From the NCBI RefSeq assembly GCF_963921235.1, contig NC_086097.1:235106001-235170000 (forward strand): 64,000 nt of DNA, in the 5' to 3' direction. The translations under genes and the position numbers were made by a program. Numbering within the stretch: position 1 is the first letter of the stretch; each line of letters begins with the position of its first letter. The notes below the pieces were generated by a model. It saw only the letters and a program-made list of their open reading frames with translations, was not told the origin of the DNA and did no database searches. Positions 1 through 12,217 of this stretch are shown one piece after another. This DNA is from Mobula hypostoma. Its lineage: Eukaryota.

Positions 1-310
1 AAAATGATGAGAGATGTTGATCGTGTGGATGGCCAAAGGCTTTTTCCCAGGGCTGAAATGGCTAACACAAGGGGACATAGCTTTAAGGTGCATGGAAGTG
101 ATACAAGGGGGATGTCAGGGGTAATTTTCTCACACAGAGAGTGGAGGGTGTGTGGAATGCACTACCGGTGATGGTGGTGGAGACGGTTACAATAGGGTCT
201 TTTAAGAGACTCTTAGATTGGTACATGGAGCTTCGATAAATAGATGGCTATGCAGTAGGGAAATTCTAGGCAGTTTCTGGAGTAAGTTACGTGGTTGGTA
301 CAACATTGTT
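1..310 (+). mobile_element. CR1 LINE 3' fragment (ORF2 C-terminus and 3' UTR)
   Basis: Matches the CR1 3' end seen at 63795-64000 (GATCGTGTGGAT...TTTCCCAGGGCTGAAATGG) and at 58900-59270. Confidence 0.8.
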
Positions 311-448
311 GCTGTACTTACCTGAGTATGTCTATGTCCCCAGATCCCATGGTGTTGCATAATCTTCACGAATTAACAAAAAAAATAAGATTACTGATGT
401 TGATTGCTCATTTCAATCAAATGGAGGATTGATTGGGCTAATGTGAAA

Positions 449-1762
449 GGCCGAAGCCAGCATGGTTTCATGAAGGGAAGATCCTGCCTTACCAACTTAT
501 TGGAATTTTTTGAGGTAATCTTGAATAAGATTGACAAGGGAGAGGCTGTGGATGTTGTGTATTTGGATTTTCAAAAGGCCTTTGATAAGGTGCCGCATAT
601 GAGGCTGCTTAATAAGATGAGAGCCCATGGAACTCTAGGAAAGATATTGAAATGGGTGGAGCATTGGCTGATAGGCAGAAAGCGAAGGGTGAGAATAAAG
701 GGATCCTATTTTGATTGGTTGCTGGTTACTAGTGGTGTTCCGCAGGGGTCGGTGTTGGGGCCGCTTCTTTTTACGATGTATATCGATGATTTGGATTATG
801 GATTAAACGGTTTTGTGGCCAAGTTTGCGGATGACACCAAGATAGGTGGAGGAGCAGGAAATGTTGAAGAAACGGAAAGGTTGCAGAGAGACTTAGTCAG
901 TTTAGGAGAGTGGGCAAAGAAATGGCAGATGAGATACAACGTTGACAAATGTACGGTTGTACATTTCGGAAGAAGAAATAATCGGGCAGATTATTATTTA
1001 GATGGGGAGAAAATTCAAAAATCGGAAGTGCAAAGGGACTTGGGGGTCCTCGTGCAGGATATCCTAAAGGTTAACCACCAAGTTGGATTGGCGGTAAGGA
1101 AAGCGAATGCTATGTTGGCATTCATTTCAAGAGGAATAATGTATAAGAGTAAGGAGGTGTTGATGAGGCTCTATGGGGCATTAGTGAGACCTCATTTAGA
1201 ATACTGTGTGCAGTTTTGGGCCCCCTATCTTAGAAAGGATATACTGATGTTGGAGAGAGTTCAGAGAAGATTTACGAGGATGATTCCTGGAATGCAGGGG
1301 CTAACATATGAGGAGCGTCTGTCGGCTCTTGGATTGTATTCATTAGAGTATAGAAGAATGAGAGGGATCTCATAGAAACGTTTCAAATGTTGAAAAGGTT
1401 GGACAGAGTAGATGTGGAAAGGTTGTTTCCCTTGGTGGGTGAATCCAGGACAAGAGGCCATAGTCTTAGAATTAGAGGGTACCCAGTTAAAACAGAGATG
1501 AGGAGAAATTTTTTTAGCCAGAGGGTCGTGGATTTGTGGAATTCGTTGCCACATACAGCTGTGGAGGCCTGATCATTGAGGGTGTTTAAGGAGGAGATTG
1601 ACAGATATCTAATTAGTCAGGGTATCAAGGGATATGGGGAAAAAGCCGGAAATTGGAACTAGATGGGTGAATAGTTTAGCTCATGGGGGAGCTGCGGAGC
1701 AGACTCGATGGGCCGAATGGCCTACTTCTGCTCCTTTGTCTTGTGATCTTGTGATCTTGTGA
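449..1762 (+). mobile_element. 5'-truncated CR1 LINE: RT domain, C-terminal domain and 3' tail
   Basis: ORF 404-1375 has [39 protein letters not shown] and LVRPHLEYC. A frameshifted continuation lies at 1387-1572. The element ends in a (TCTTGTGA)n tail at about 1739-1762. Confidence 0.95.
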
Positions 1763-2635
1763 AACATAAAGAGTGTGAAGGAAATTTTTAAATTCACGTT
1801 ACCATATGCATGCTGGGGTTTAAATCTGCTTTAACTGTTTTCAAGAATTCCATTTAAATGTGACACCATTCATTGTCTTAACTATTTAATATGTCTGATC
1901 TATTTAATATGTTATAATTCCTTTTAAAAAAGCTTCAGTTTCTGCAGGTGTTACTTAACCAGAGTGCTGTTGACAGGAAAGCATGTTTTTAATTCAGTTG
2001 TGCATGTCTCAGCTAAATCATCTTTTAATTGTCCACTCTCGCCATTCCAGAGACTGTGCTCGTGAGTGACATCTGCAGTCCACCCACAAATAAGCTAGAT
2101 AAATATTTCCAGGATTTTGATGCAGCAAGAAGAGTAGTGGTAATAATGTTGTTTGAAATTAGCAGGATGTGATGGAGGGGAAATTCAATATAATGGGCTA
2201 CCTGAGGCTCCGGTGTCCCTGACCTTGCAGGTAGTACAGGTCCGTTAGAGTTGCTATTGAAGAATTTTTAACCAGTGGCTGCGTTATAATTTATGGATAA
2301 TTTGCATTGCAGACGAAGTGTGCTGGAGCCAGAGGGAGTGAACATTCAAGTGGTGGACAGGGAGTCAATCAAGGACATTGTTCTGATCTTGAGAATTATT
2401 TCAGCATACCCAGCCTCTGCAATGTCCTTGGAAAATGAGCATTTATGTGGATGTTTAAAGCTCATACCATTGATCGTTTAAGATTGGATCAATAATTTTC
2501 TCAACTTAATTACTCATTACCATGAATTTCAATACCACTTCAAATGCAATGAGGAAGGAGCATTTCAGGACAAGGAACTGGAAAAGGACGAGAAAGATAA
2601 AGAAGCAAAGGCTATTTTTCTTTTAGGCAACTCAC

Positions 2636-2833
2636 CTGCCTTTTGATTTTGTTGTTCCTTTTTGTGCCTTGTGGCAAACTGGGTGGATTTTTGCTGTTTC
2701 TGTAGCATTTTTTACGAGGCTGAGCTCGACACTCAATCCAACCGCATGGAAAGTGTCAAAGCAGCCAGCCGGATTCGAACTTCGATGATTCGCCTCGAAG
2801 TCCAGTGCTGGTGCCATTACACCAGTGGCCAGC
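2636..2833 (-). mobile_element. tRNA-derived SINE
   Basis: Minus strand has an A box TGGTGTAATGG (2814-2824), a B box GTTCGAATCC (2771-2780), a tRNA-like CTTCGAG loop between them, and an A-rich 3' end. Confidence 0.7.
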
Positions 2834-2924
2834 TTATTCTCTGTCTTTTTACCGTAGATCACCAACTCTATCTCTGAATAAAACTTCAAAGCAGAGATAT
2901 TCTCCCTCTCTCTTGCCCAGGATC

Positions 2925-3145
2925 AAGAGTTTCTACATTATTCCCATGGCCATGTGGGTTTCCTCCAGGTGCTCCAGTTTCTTCCCACATACCGAAGATG
3001 TACAGATTAGAAGTGTCAGTAAGTTGTGGGCATGCTATGTTGGTGCCAGAAGCATGATGCCCAACACATATTCATACTGTGTCGGGCTTTGACGCAAACT
3101 ACACATTTGAAAGTTTCAATGTGCATGTGACAAATAAAGCTCATT
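2925..3145 (+). mobile_element. Partial V-SINE/HE1-like SINE
   Basis: Core GTGGGTTTCCTCCAGGTGCTCCAGTTTCTTCCCACA resembles the copies at 3690 and 53263. Confidence 0.6.
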
Positions 3146-3689
3146 TTTACATGTATGTGAGCAAAGAGCTGTCCTTCACCTTCTCCCTGAGATAATAAAA
3201 GTGTGGTGGAGACTCGACTGAGAGAGGAAATGGTCTTTAAGGCAGATTAGGGTTCTAGTGGAGGAGAGGGTTGATTATCAGGAATTAAAGGGTGAGGAGT
3301 TAATCGTTTGAGGTCAATGCAATTGATCATTATGAGAATGCTTAGATGATGGGAGGGAATTGAACTAATAACAAGAAAATATCAGAGAGCAGATCGGATG
3401 CCTAAGGACTCTGGTAAATATGGGAGTGTTTACTAATAATGGAAGTTCATGGATCCCTGGTATCCAGTGGCAACAACCAAATTAATATTAGGCTCTTTAA
3501 AAGGTACCAAAACAGGCCTCAATTCTCTTGTTTTAAGCGTGTTTCAATATTCAACAGTCAAAGAGAATTCTAGGCCTTAAATCATCATCATTATGTGGAT
3601 ATTAATTATTTCTCCTCATTATGGTTGCTTAGTCTGAAGTCTGCAAGCGTGAGAATCCAGGACAAGGGCCAGAGTCCAGAAGTACCATG

Positions 3690-3966
3690 GGCAGCATGGT
3701 AGCACAGTGATTAGCACTACGTTCTCCAGTACCCGCGACACAGGTTTAATTCCCACCGCTGCCTGTAAGGAGTTTGGACATTCTCTCTGTGACAGCATGG
3801 GTGCTCTGGTGTCCTCCCACAGTCCAAAGATGTACCAGTTGATAGGTTAATTGGTCATTGTACACTGCCCTGTGATTAGGCCAGGGTTAAGTCGGGGGTT
3901 AAAGGGCAGCGCAGCTCAAAGGGCCTACTCTGTGCTGTATCTCAATAAAACAAAATAAAAAATAAA
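3690..3966 (+). mobile_element. HE1/V-SINE-type tRNA-derived SINE
   Basis: A-box-like TAGCACAGTGA, B-box-like GGTTTAATTCC, V-domain-like CTCCCACAGTCCAAAGA...GGTTAATTGG, and an A-rich tail. A second copy is at 53263-53525. Confidence 0.8.
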
Positions 3967-4326
3967 GTAGTATCAGAGGCCTGCCTAGGTGTGTGAATGG
4001 GTGGATGCACAAGGAAATTCTGGGTCTTAAAACGTCATCATTATGTGAATATTAATTAACTTTCATCACTAATACTGCTGAGTCTGATCTCTGCGAGTCT
4101 GAGAATCTGGGGTTGGAGGCTAATCTGTGTGTATGAATGTCGGTGGGGCTTATTTTACTGTTGTTGTTGCTGCTCGTGTGGTTTGCATGCTAAGTTGGTG
4201 GCAACACTGTGAGCTGCCACCAGCACATCCTTGAGATCCTGGTTGTTAACGCAAACAACACACTTGTTACAATATTCATGTGTTACATAAATGAATTTGA
4301 ATCTGAATTGGAGGAACTAGTGTATA

Positions 4327-5237
4327 TATAACCAGGCCACCACTGAATATCATTTTTTATTATTAAAGTGCACTTATGTATTCATCCTGGTAAGGCTAAA
4401 ATAGCTGCCTGTGACTTTGAGAGAAAACGGTGATGTTGTTATGCACGTGCTGAGTATAAAAATAGAGTTACAATGTTCTAGAGCAAACATTAAGTACTGG
4501 GGAGGAAAGGTGAATAATATTTGATACCCATGTAAATTTATTTATATTTGTTTGTAAATCCAGAATATTGGTCATTTGACATGTTTTACATACGGATGCA
4601 TTAGGTTTTCGCGAGTAATGTATTAGTGCTGGAAAGCATGGTTGTGCAAAGTTCCTTATCAGACTAGTAGATTAGTTTTCCTTGTGACTCTTAGCTACAG
4701 GGCAATGTATTGTAAATGTGTTTGTAAAAGTTTACTGTTGTCTTGCATTATTGTTTCATGACTGAATGTGAATGTAACTAAGTAATGTGAATGTGTTCAT
4801 CTCTGTTCACATCATGTTCGTGAGGAGAACTTATTTCAGAGTCTAGCCTATACGTGTTTGGAAGTTAAGCACGTGTGTGCCAAAGTAAGTATATCTCTTA
4901 GTTACGATGAGATGTATTTATTCATATTTTTGATGTTGCGTATAAGGTATAGGGTTGGTGGGATTCTAAAGTTGCTTGTACTGTTTTTTAGAATTGCCAA
5001 TACCATACTGGTTTTGTATATTTTGTTTTATTTATTTTCATACTGCATACGTAACAAGGGTGTGGACGGAAATTAAGCTGAGATTGTAACAGCAGGAACT
5101 GTGTTTTTTTTAATTCATTTTGTTGTTTTAATTTTGATACCTTCTTTCTGCATTATAACATCTAAAACAGATAAAGGAATTAAAGACCTGAAAAAGTATT
5201 TGTTATCCTGAGTGTATACTTCTTTGCCCCGGCTACA
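4327..5237 (+). mobile_element. Probable solo LTR (about 0.9 kb, AT-rich)
   Basis: Ends ...CCCCGGCTACA and starts TATAACCAGG, a degenerate inverted match to that end (7/10). Flanked by TATA at 4323-4326 and 5238-5241. Confidence 0.55.
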
Positions 5238-5472
5238 TATAATTATGGAATATGTGGCAAGAACAAGCCATATTTCAATAAAACAGATTTATTAAAATTT
5301 ACAAGAAATTAAATAAAGAAAGAGATAATGATTAGCTTTATCTGTCACATGTAAAGTACCACACAAAAAGCTTAGGTACATATATGTATATAGCTTGGGT
5401 ACCTAAGACTTTTGCACTGTAATGTATATCAAAACATACAGCAAAATGTGTTGTTATTGTCAAATCAAATTA

Positions 5473-6070
5473 AAGTTCAAAGTAAATTTATTATCAAAGT
5501 ACATATATGTCACCATATACAATCCTGAGATTTACTTTCTGGTGGGCATACTCAATAAATTAATAATAGAATAACAACCACAATAGAATCAACAAAAGAC
5601 TTAGGAGTTGAACCAACATGCAAAAGGCAACAAACTGTGCAAATAAATAAATAAATAAACAAACAAACAAACAAACAAACAAGCCATAAATCTCAAGAAC
5701 ACCAGATGAAGAGTTCTTGAAAGTGAATCCATAGATTGTGGGAAAATTTCAATGATGGGGCAAGTGAAGTTGAGTAAAGTCATCCCCTGTGATTCAAAAG
5801 CTTGATGGTTGAGGGATAATAAATGTTCCTGAACCTGGTACTGTGGGTATTGGTACATCAGGAAGTACCTTCTTCTTCAGGGGATCTCTGATGATGGATG
5901 CTGCTTTACTGCAAAAGCGTTTCGTGTAGATATTCTCTTTGGTGAGGAGGGTTTTTTCCCATGATGGACTGGGCCATATCCACTACTATTTGCAGGATTT
6001 CACATTCATGGGCATTTGGTGTTTCTAAACCAGGCTGTGATGCAGCTAGTCAATATTCTCCACTACACAC
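5473..6070 (-). mobile_element. Rex1/Babar-type LINE 3' fragment
   Basis: Minus-strand tail AATAAATTTACTTTGAACTTT. The body resembles the 3' ends at 17300-17880 and 38050-38575. Confidence 0.7.
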
Positions 6071-7999
6071 GATTGTTAAGTTTCATTTATAGTTTTCTTT
6101 AAAAAGTGAAATTCTAGCAATATAACATACCACCTATGGCATGTCAACATACCAACATTCTATATTGAACGGCTCTGAATTTTGGTTGAATTGTTAAACA
6201 GCTCAGGACCCATAACCAGAAGATAAGTTTATGAATGCAGAGTTGGCTGATGAATAACTAGTGACCTGGGCTTCGGGAGATCTCTCCAAGAGTACCATGG
6301 GATCTTTTACGTCTACATGAGAGGATAGTTTTGGCCTCTGTACTTGGTCTGAGAAGATGTACCCTTCAATTGAACAGAATCCCTTTGTATTACACACAAA
6401 AAGCTGGAGGAACTCAACAGATCAGCCTACCCTGGAGTTAAACTGGACTAGTGTTTTGTGGCTTAAGCCTGGATTACATGCACAGCCCTCTAAAGCAGAA
6501 CTTGAATAAATGATCTTCTGACTCAAGAAAATGGCTACCAATGAACCTACATCTGAAAGGCACAAAAATATGACAGCAAATACCCAGAGACTTACGAGTG
6601 ATTTAAAAACAGGTTTTTAAAGTCCAGCATTATCAAAGATAAATTGTGCCTTTTTTCTTGCTCATAAACTTCAGTGATCACTCAGAAATGAATGTGAGTG
6701 TATATATAAATTAAATATACATTTCAGCTAAATAAAGATCTAACTGCTCAATGCGAAATGAAACAATGTGAAGTAGCTGTAAAATTAACTTTTACAAGGA
6801 CTTGTGTATAAAGCTGGTTTGTTTCAAGGAGACTAAATTTGTATTGAATGGACTTTGTGCTTGTTACCTTGGTCATCTTCAACCAACTTGTACTAAAAAT
6901 GCAATTTTGTCCATGAAATTAAATTAAACCTGGAAATTTGTGCTTGCAGTATGCACTTGAAGAACAGTTAATGAATTTACATGGTATTCTTCTGTTTCTT
7001 GTTTTAAAATTAGCATTAACATATTTATATATAATGAGTTAATTGTTCTGTAAACACGACCATCAAGGGAATAGTTATATTGAGTAGCATTGATTGATAT
7101 TGTCAACAGTCATTTCAGGGCTAGAATTAGTTCCACATAGTCTAAAGAATATTTCTTTCCATATTAGTGTGACCAAGCACTCAATGGATATCCTGAGCAT
7201 ATAAAACAGTAAGTGAAAGATATATGAGCCAGAATTAGATCTATTCAATAAAACTGATTAGTTATTCAATGCTCATTGCTACATTTCACATTGCAATCTA
7301 ACACCGAAACAATTACAGACTACAGGCAAAATTGAAATTTGGTCAGGAAATCAACCATAAGCACAGTTATTGCTTGCTTGATTTTGCAATGTAAGTTAAT
7401 CATAGACATTAATGACTGCTGTCAAGTTATTTAAGGAGTGATTACAACAATAATTAATAGGTAGAATAATGGGAAAACTGCCCCATTACTTTTTCCATCT
7501 TTATCTTGGTATGTGATTACTGGGTACATTAAGGGGACTGAAATCAGAATTTAATACATCCACTTATTAGTGAAAGGGCTGACAGATTGTATAATTGTAC
7601 AAACCTGAACATAAATTGCAAAAATACACATTGCAAAGACGCCTGCCACATAATATTCAAACAAATGTAAAATTTCTTTACAGATAATGTTTAAGTTTGG
7701 AAATATGAAGAATATGACAATTCTGCAACCTTTGTAGTGAGATAATTGTTTTAGGATAATTATGATCCTAGTACAAATCTATCCATGCTTAAAAAATCTT
7801 TTATTTCCTAGAATTTCAAAATCAAACTCTTGTGCATGTCACCAATTGAATCAATACTACTGAGTAGTGTTTTAAAGCATATTGCATTGATAATTTGGCT
7901 TTAGGGAAAATGTACTGCTATTGAAATAATTATTATTCCTCAGAAGATGTGCATTGCTGATGTTAGGGGGAAAATGGGAGTTATGGTATACAACAAATA

Positions 8000-8570
8000 G
8001 AGATACTAGTGGAATGCTCCTCTGCGGGATCTGGAAAGGCAGGGAGACCTCCAGTGACCCTGATGACTGCAACCACGAGACGTGCATCCAGCTGCAACTT
8101 CTAACAATCTGTGTTAATGTGTTGGAGCTGGATCTGGATGAACTCCAGATCATTCACAAGGCTGAGGGGATGATAGATAGGACGTGTAGTTACACCCAAG
8201 GTGCAGGAGACAGGAAACTGGGTGCCAGTCAAGAAGGGGAAAGGGGTTCAGGAGTCAGTGTGTACCCCTGTGGCCATCCCTTTCAACAGCAGGTATATCA
8301 CTTTGGATACTGTAAAGGTGGATGACCTAACAGAGAAAAGTTACAGTGTCAGGTCTCCGGCACTGAGTCTGCCTCTGTGACTCAGAAGGGAAGAGAGGGA
8401 GAAGAGGCATACTGTGGTGATAGGGATTTGTTAATTAGAGGAACGGACAAGAGGTTCTGTAGGTGAAAACGAGATTCCTGGATGGTATGTTGCCTACCGG
8501 GTGCCACGGTCTGGGATATCTCGGATCGAGTCCTCAGCATTCTTAAGTGGGGGGGGGGGGTGAAGACCCA
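8000..8570 (+). mobile_element. CR1 ORF1 fragment (zinc-finger/leucine-zipper and esterase domain)
   Basis: CGIWKGRETSSDPDDCNHETCIQLQLL..LELDLDELQII followed by a GD-LIRGTDKRFC-like segment. It parallels the ORF1 at 14497-15135. Confidence 0.8.
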
Positions 8571-8572
8571 GA

Positions 8573-10200
8573 AACATAGAAACATAGAAAACCTACAGCC
8601 CAATACAGACCCTTTGGCCCACAAAGTTGTGCCGAACATGTCCCTACCTTAGAAATTACTAGGCTTACCTAGAGCCCTCTATTTTACTAACCTCCATATA
8701 CCTATCTAAATATCTCTTAAAAGACCCTATCGTATCCGCCTCCACCACCGTTTGCCGGCAGCCCATTCCATGCACTCACCACTCTGAGTAAAATGCTTCC
8801 CCCTGACATCTCCTCTGTACCTACTCCCCAGCACCTTAAACCTGTGTCCTCTTGTGGCAATCATTTCAGCCCTGGGAAAAAGCCTCTTGACTATCCACAT
8901 GATCAATGCCTCTCATCATCTTATACACCTCTATCAGGTCATCTCTCATCCCCCGTCACTCCAAGGAGAAAAGGCCGAGTTCACTCAACCTATTCTCATA
9001 AGGCATGCTCCCCAATCCAGGCAACATCCTTGTAAATCTGCTCTACACCCTTTCTATGGCTTCCACATCCTTCCTGTAGTGAGGCAACCAGAACTGAGCA
9101 CAGTACTTCAAGTGGGGTCTGACTAGGGTCCTATATAGCTGCAACATTGACCTTTCAATCTTGCAATCATTCTGATGAACCTCCTCTGCACACTTTCCAT
9201 GGCAGTACATCTTTTCTTTTCTTAAACTGCTCACAATACTCCAACTGTGGTCTGACCAATGTCCTATAAAACTTCACAATCATATCCTTGCTCTTATATT
9301 CAAATCCTTTCAAAATGACTGCTAAAATTGCAATTGCCTTCCTTACCACTGACTCAACCTACAAGTTAACATCTAGTAAATCCTGCATAACTACTCCCAA
9401 GTCCCTTTGCACCTCTGATTTTTGAATTCTCTCTCTGGAAAATAGTCAATGTTTTTATTTCTTCTACCAAAGAACACAGCCATACACTTCCTTACTCTAT
9501 ATTCCATCTGCTGCTTCTTCGTCCATTACCCCAAACAGTCCAAATCTTTCTGTGGATTCCCAGCTTTCTCAACACTACCTGCCCCTGCGCTTATCTTTGT
9601 ATCATGTGTCAACATGACCACAAAGCCAAGTTCTGTCAGCCAAATCATTGACATACTGTATAACATAAAAAGAAATGGTTTCAATACCAACGCCTGCGGA
9701 ACACCACTAGTCACTGGCAGCCAACGAAAATAGACTGCTGTAGCGATGTGCTACTCACAGAGCTAGAAATAATGACACGCAGTCTGTAAGTTGCACTTAA
9801 GACTAGTTTATTCAAACTTCGCGGCGCTGGCTTTTACACGGTTCCGTTCCCCCCCTCTTCAGGCAGAAGTTATGTCAGAGGTGCATTACAAAAGTCCCTT
9901 CCCACGCGTGGGATTTCTCCCCTTGCTGGTGAAGAAGGAGGCCCAGTGCCATTTTGGGGCTGGCCTCTCTGCTGACGCGCGCGCCATTTTGTGAGCTGGT
10001 TCGCCCGCGTAGAAAGTGGGTCGCCACACTGCATTTATTCCCACTCTTTGCCTCCTGTCATTCAGCTAATCTTCTATCCATGTGAGTATCTTTCCTATAA
10101 TACCAAGGGCTTTTATCTTGTTAAGCAGCCTCATGTGGGGCATCTTGTTAAATGCCTTCTGAAAATCCAAGTAAATAGCATCCACTGATTCTCCTTTGTT
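8573..10200 (-). mobile_element. Two degenerate CR1 LINE fragments (3' end and RT)
   Basis: Tail AGAAACATAGAAACATAG at 8570-8590. Minus ORFs include LVRPHLKYCAQFW, LVRPQLEYC and SGVPQALVL. Interrupted by the solo LTR at 9739-10028. Confidence 0.85.
9739..10028 (-). mobile_element. Solo LTR (290 bp, GC-rich) inserted in CR1
   Basis: TGTAGCGA...TCGCCACA termini, perfect 4-bp TSD CTGC (9735-9738 and 10029-10032), and AATAAA on the minus strand near 9807-9812. Confidence 0.85.
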
Positions 10201-10299
10201 TATGTGGTCCGAAGCTGCTTGAACTAAGGTTTCCATTTCACCTGTAAAAATTGGTAAGGTTCTAAGGCTGAATTTCCTGAGACTCCTGATGAAGTAAAA

Positions 10300-10825
10300 G
10301 CATAATGAACTTCCTTGGCCATGTTTTCTACGTGGTTGTATCGGGATAGGCTATTGGTGGTGCTCAATTCTAGGAACTTGAAGTTCTAAACCCTCTCAAT
10401 CGTATCACCATTGATGTAAACAGGGGCATGTTTCCTGAAGTCAATAACCAGCTGGTATTGAGGGAAAGGCTTAAGTCATGGCACCACAATATTAGATTCT
10501 CTATCTCCTTCCAGTAACCTAACTGATCATTTTTTGAGATTTGGCCTACTACATTGGTATCATCCACAAACTTGTAAATAGACTTAGAGCAGAAATTGGC
10601 CATGCAGTCACAAATGTACCAGGAGTAGAGTAGGGGGCTGAAGGATCAGCCTCATGGGGAACCCGTGTGAAGGATAATCATGGTGGTTGTATTGCATCTT
10701 ATCCTTGCTGACTGTGGTCTGTTGCTCTGAAAGTCAAGTATAGTTGCAAAAGGAGGTGCTGAGGCCCAAGTCTAGGAATTTGGAGATGAGTTTGGATAGA
10801 ATTATAATATTCAATACAGAGCTAA
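10300..10825 (-). mobile_element. Rex1/Babar RT fragment
   Basis: Minus ORF 10370-10603: SIYKFVDDTNVVGQIS...YWKEIENLILWC..LSLN. Confidence 0.75.
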
Positions 10826-11240
10826 AAGACCATAAGATGTAGGAGAAGGATTAGGCCATCTGGCTTATCAAGTCTGCTCTGACATTCAATCATGGCTGAT
10901 CCTTTCTTCTTTTCAATGCCAGTTCCCAGCCTTCCCCCGGTAACCTCTGATGCCATGTCCAATCAAGAACCTATCAATCTCTGCCTTAAATACACCCAAC
11001 AATCTGGCCTCCACAGCTGCATGTGGCAACAAATTCCACAAATTCATCACCCCCTAGCTAAAGAAATTTCTCCACATCTCTGTTTTGAAAGGGCGCTCCT
11101 CTATCCTGAGGCTGTGCCCTCTTGTCCTAGACTCTCCCATCATGGGAAACATTCTTTCCATATCTACTCTGTCTCGTCCTTTCAACATTCGAAAGGTTTC
11201 AATGAGATCCCCCCTCATCCTTCTGAATGGCAGTGAGTAC

Positions 11241-12217
11241 TGTGATGGGGTCCTGAATTATCCCTATGAACTGTGTTTTTGAAGAGAGTGAGAGAGTTAT
11301 TTAACATAAACAACTTGTTGTTGTTAAAGAGAGAGAGAGAGAGAGAAAGACGACTTTGAGATGGTGTTATGGTTTTTTGGCAGCATGTTTACACTTTTTC
11401 AAGGACACCAGCAGCTTCCAAGTTCTTACAGAGAGAGAAGGGAGGAGCTGCTTGATGGACAGATGGTGTTCAGCACGGGGAGATAAATAGAAGGTCAGCT
11501 ATTAGACCTGGAGACACATTGTTTTGGACACTGAATGAGATTTATTGTGCCCACAGAAAAAGTGGGTTTTGGGGGATCGATCAGTGGCTCTCGCAGTGTG
11601 ACTGGTGGTAAGTTATTTATGTGTCCGACCCTCACCTGGGTTGATAATTCCACCACAGAAGAACGGTCACCTTTGTTGTGGTCACAGTCGGTAACTTCTA
11701 AAGGATTTAGGAGGACAACGGGAAGTTCGACGGCGTCAGCACATCTGAAGACTCAAATCATAGTCTTAGTCATAGTCATAGTCATACTTTATTGATCCCG
11801 GGGGAAATTAGTTAAAAACCGTGAGAAAAAAATACAGCAAATAACCTAAGTTAAAAAGTTTAAAAAGTAAGAATCTTGACAGAGCAACTGTAACAGGCTG
11901 CATGCACGACCGGCGCATGCGCACTTGGAGATCTCTCCCTCTCTCTCTCCATCACTACTCAACTCAATACCACAAACTGAACTGAACTTTACTCATCATC
12001 GTAAAACTATCTATTTACCCCTAGACTCAAAGAAGCTTGATTTTCATATATTTCCACACTTACTTATGTATAATCATTGCTAACCTGTTTTATATACCTG
12101 CATTCATATTACTGTATTGCGTAGTTACTAATAAATACCAGTAGTTAATAGCAATACTGGATTCCAAAGTGTTTTCTATCTCTGCTGGTTCTTTAACCCG
12201 TCAAGGGGTACGTGACA
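11241..12217 (+). mobile_element. Solo LTR inserted in CR1
   Basis: TGTGA...TGACA termini, perfect TSD GTAC (11237-11240 and 12218-12221), and AATAAA near 12130. The CR1 sequence resumes exactly across it. Confidence 0.85.
11759..11930 (-). mobile_element. Short non-coding element with Rex1/Babar 3' tail, nested in the solo LTR
   Basis: Tail GGGATCAATAAAGTATGACTATGACTATGACT is the same as at 22243-22282 and 26773-26805, but it is joined to a different GC-rich head. Confidence 0.65.

Noticed and set aside
2760..2833. tRNA gene (TCG anticodon-like loop)
   Set aside because: It has A and B boxes but no convincing cloverleaf, and it continues into a SINE-like body and tail.
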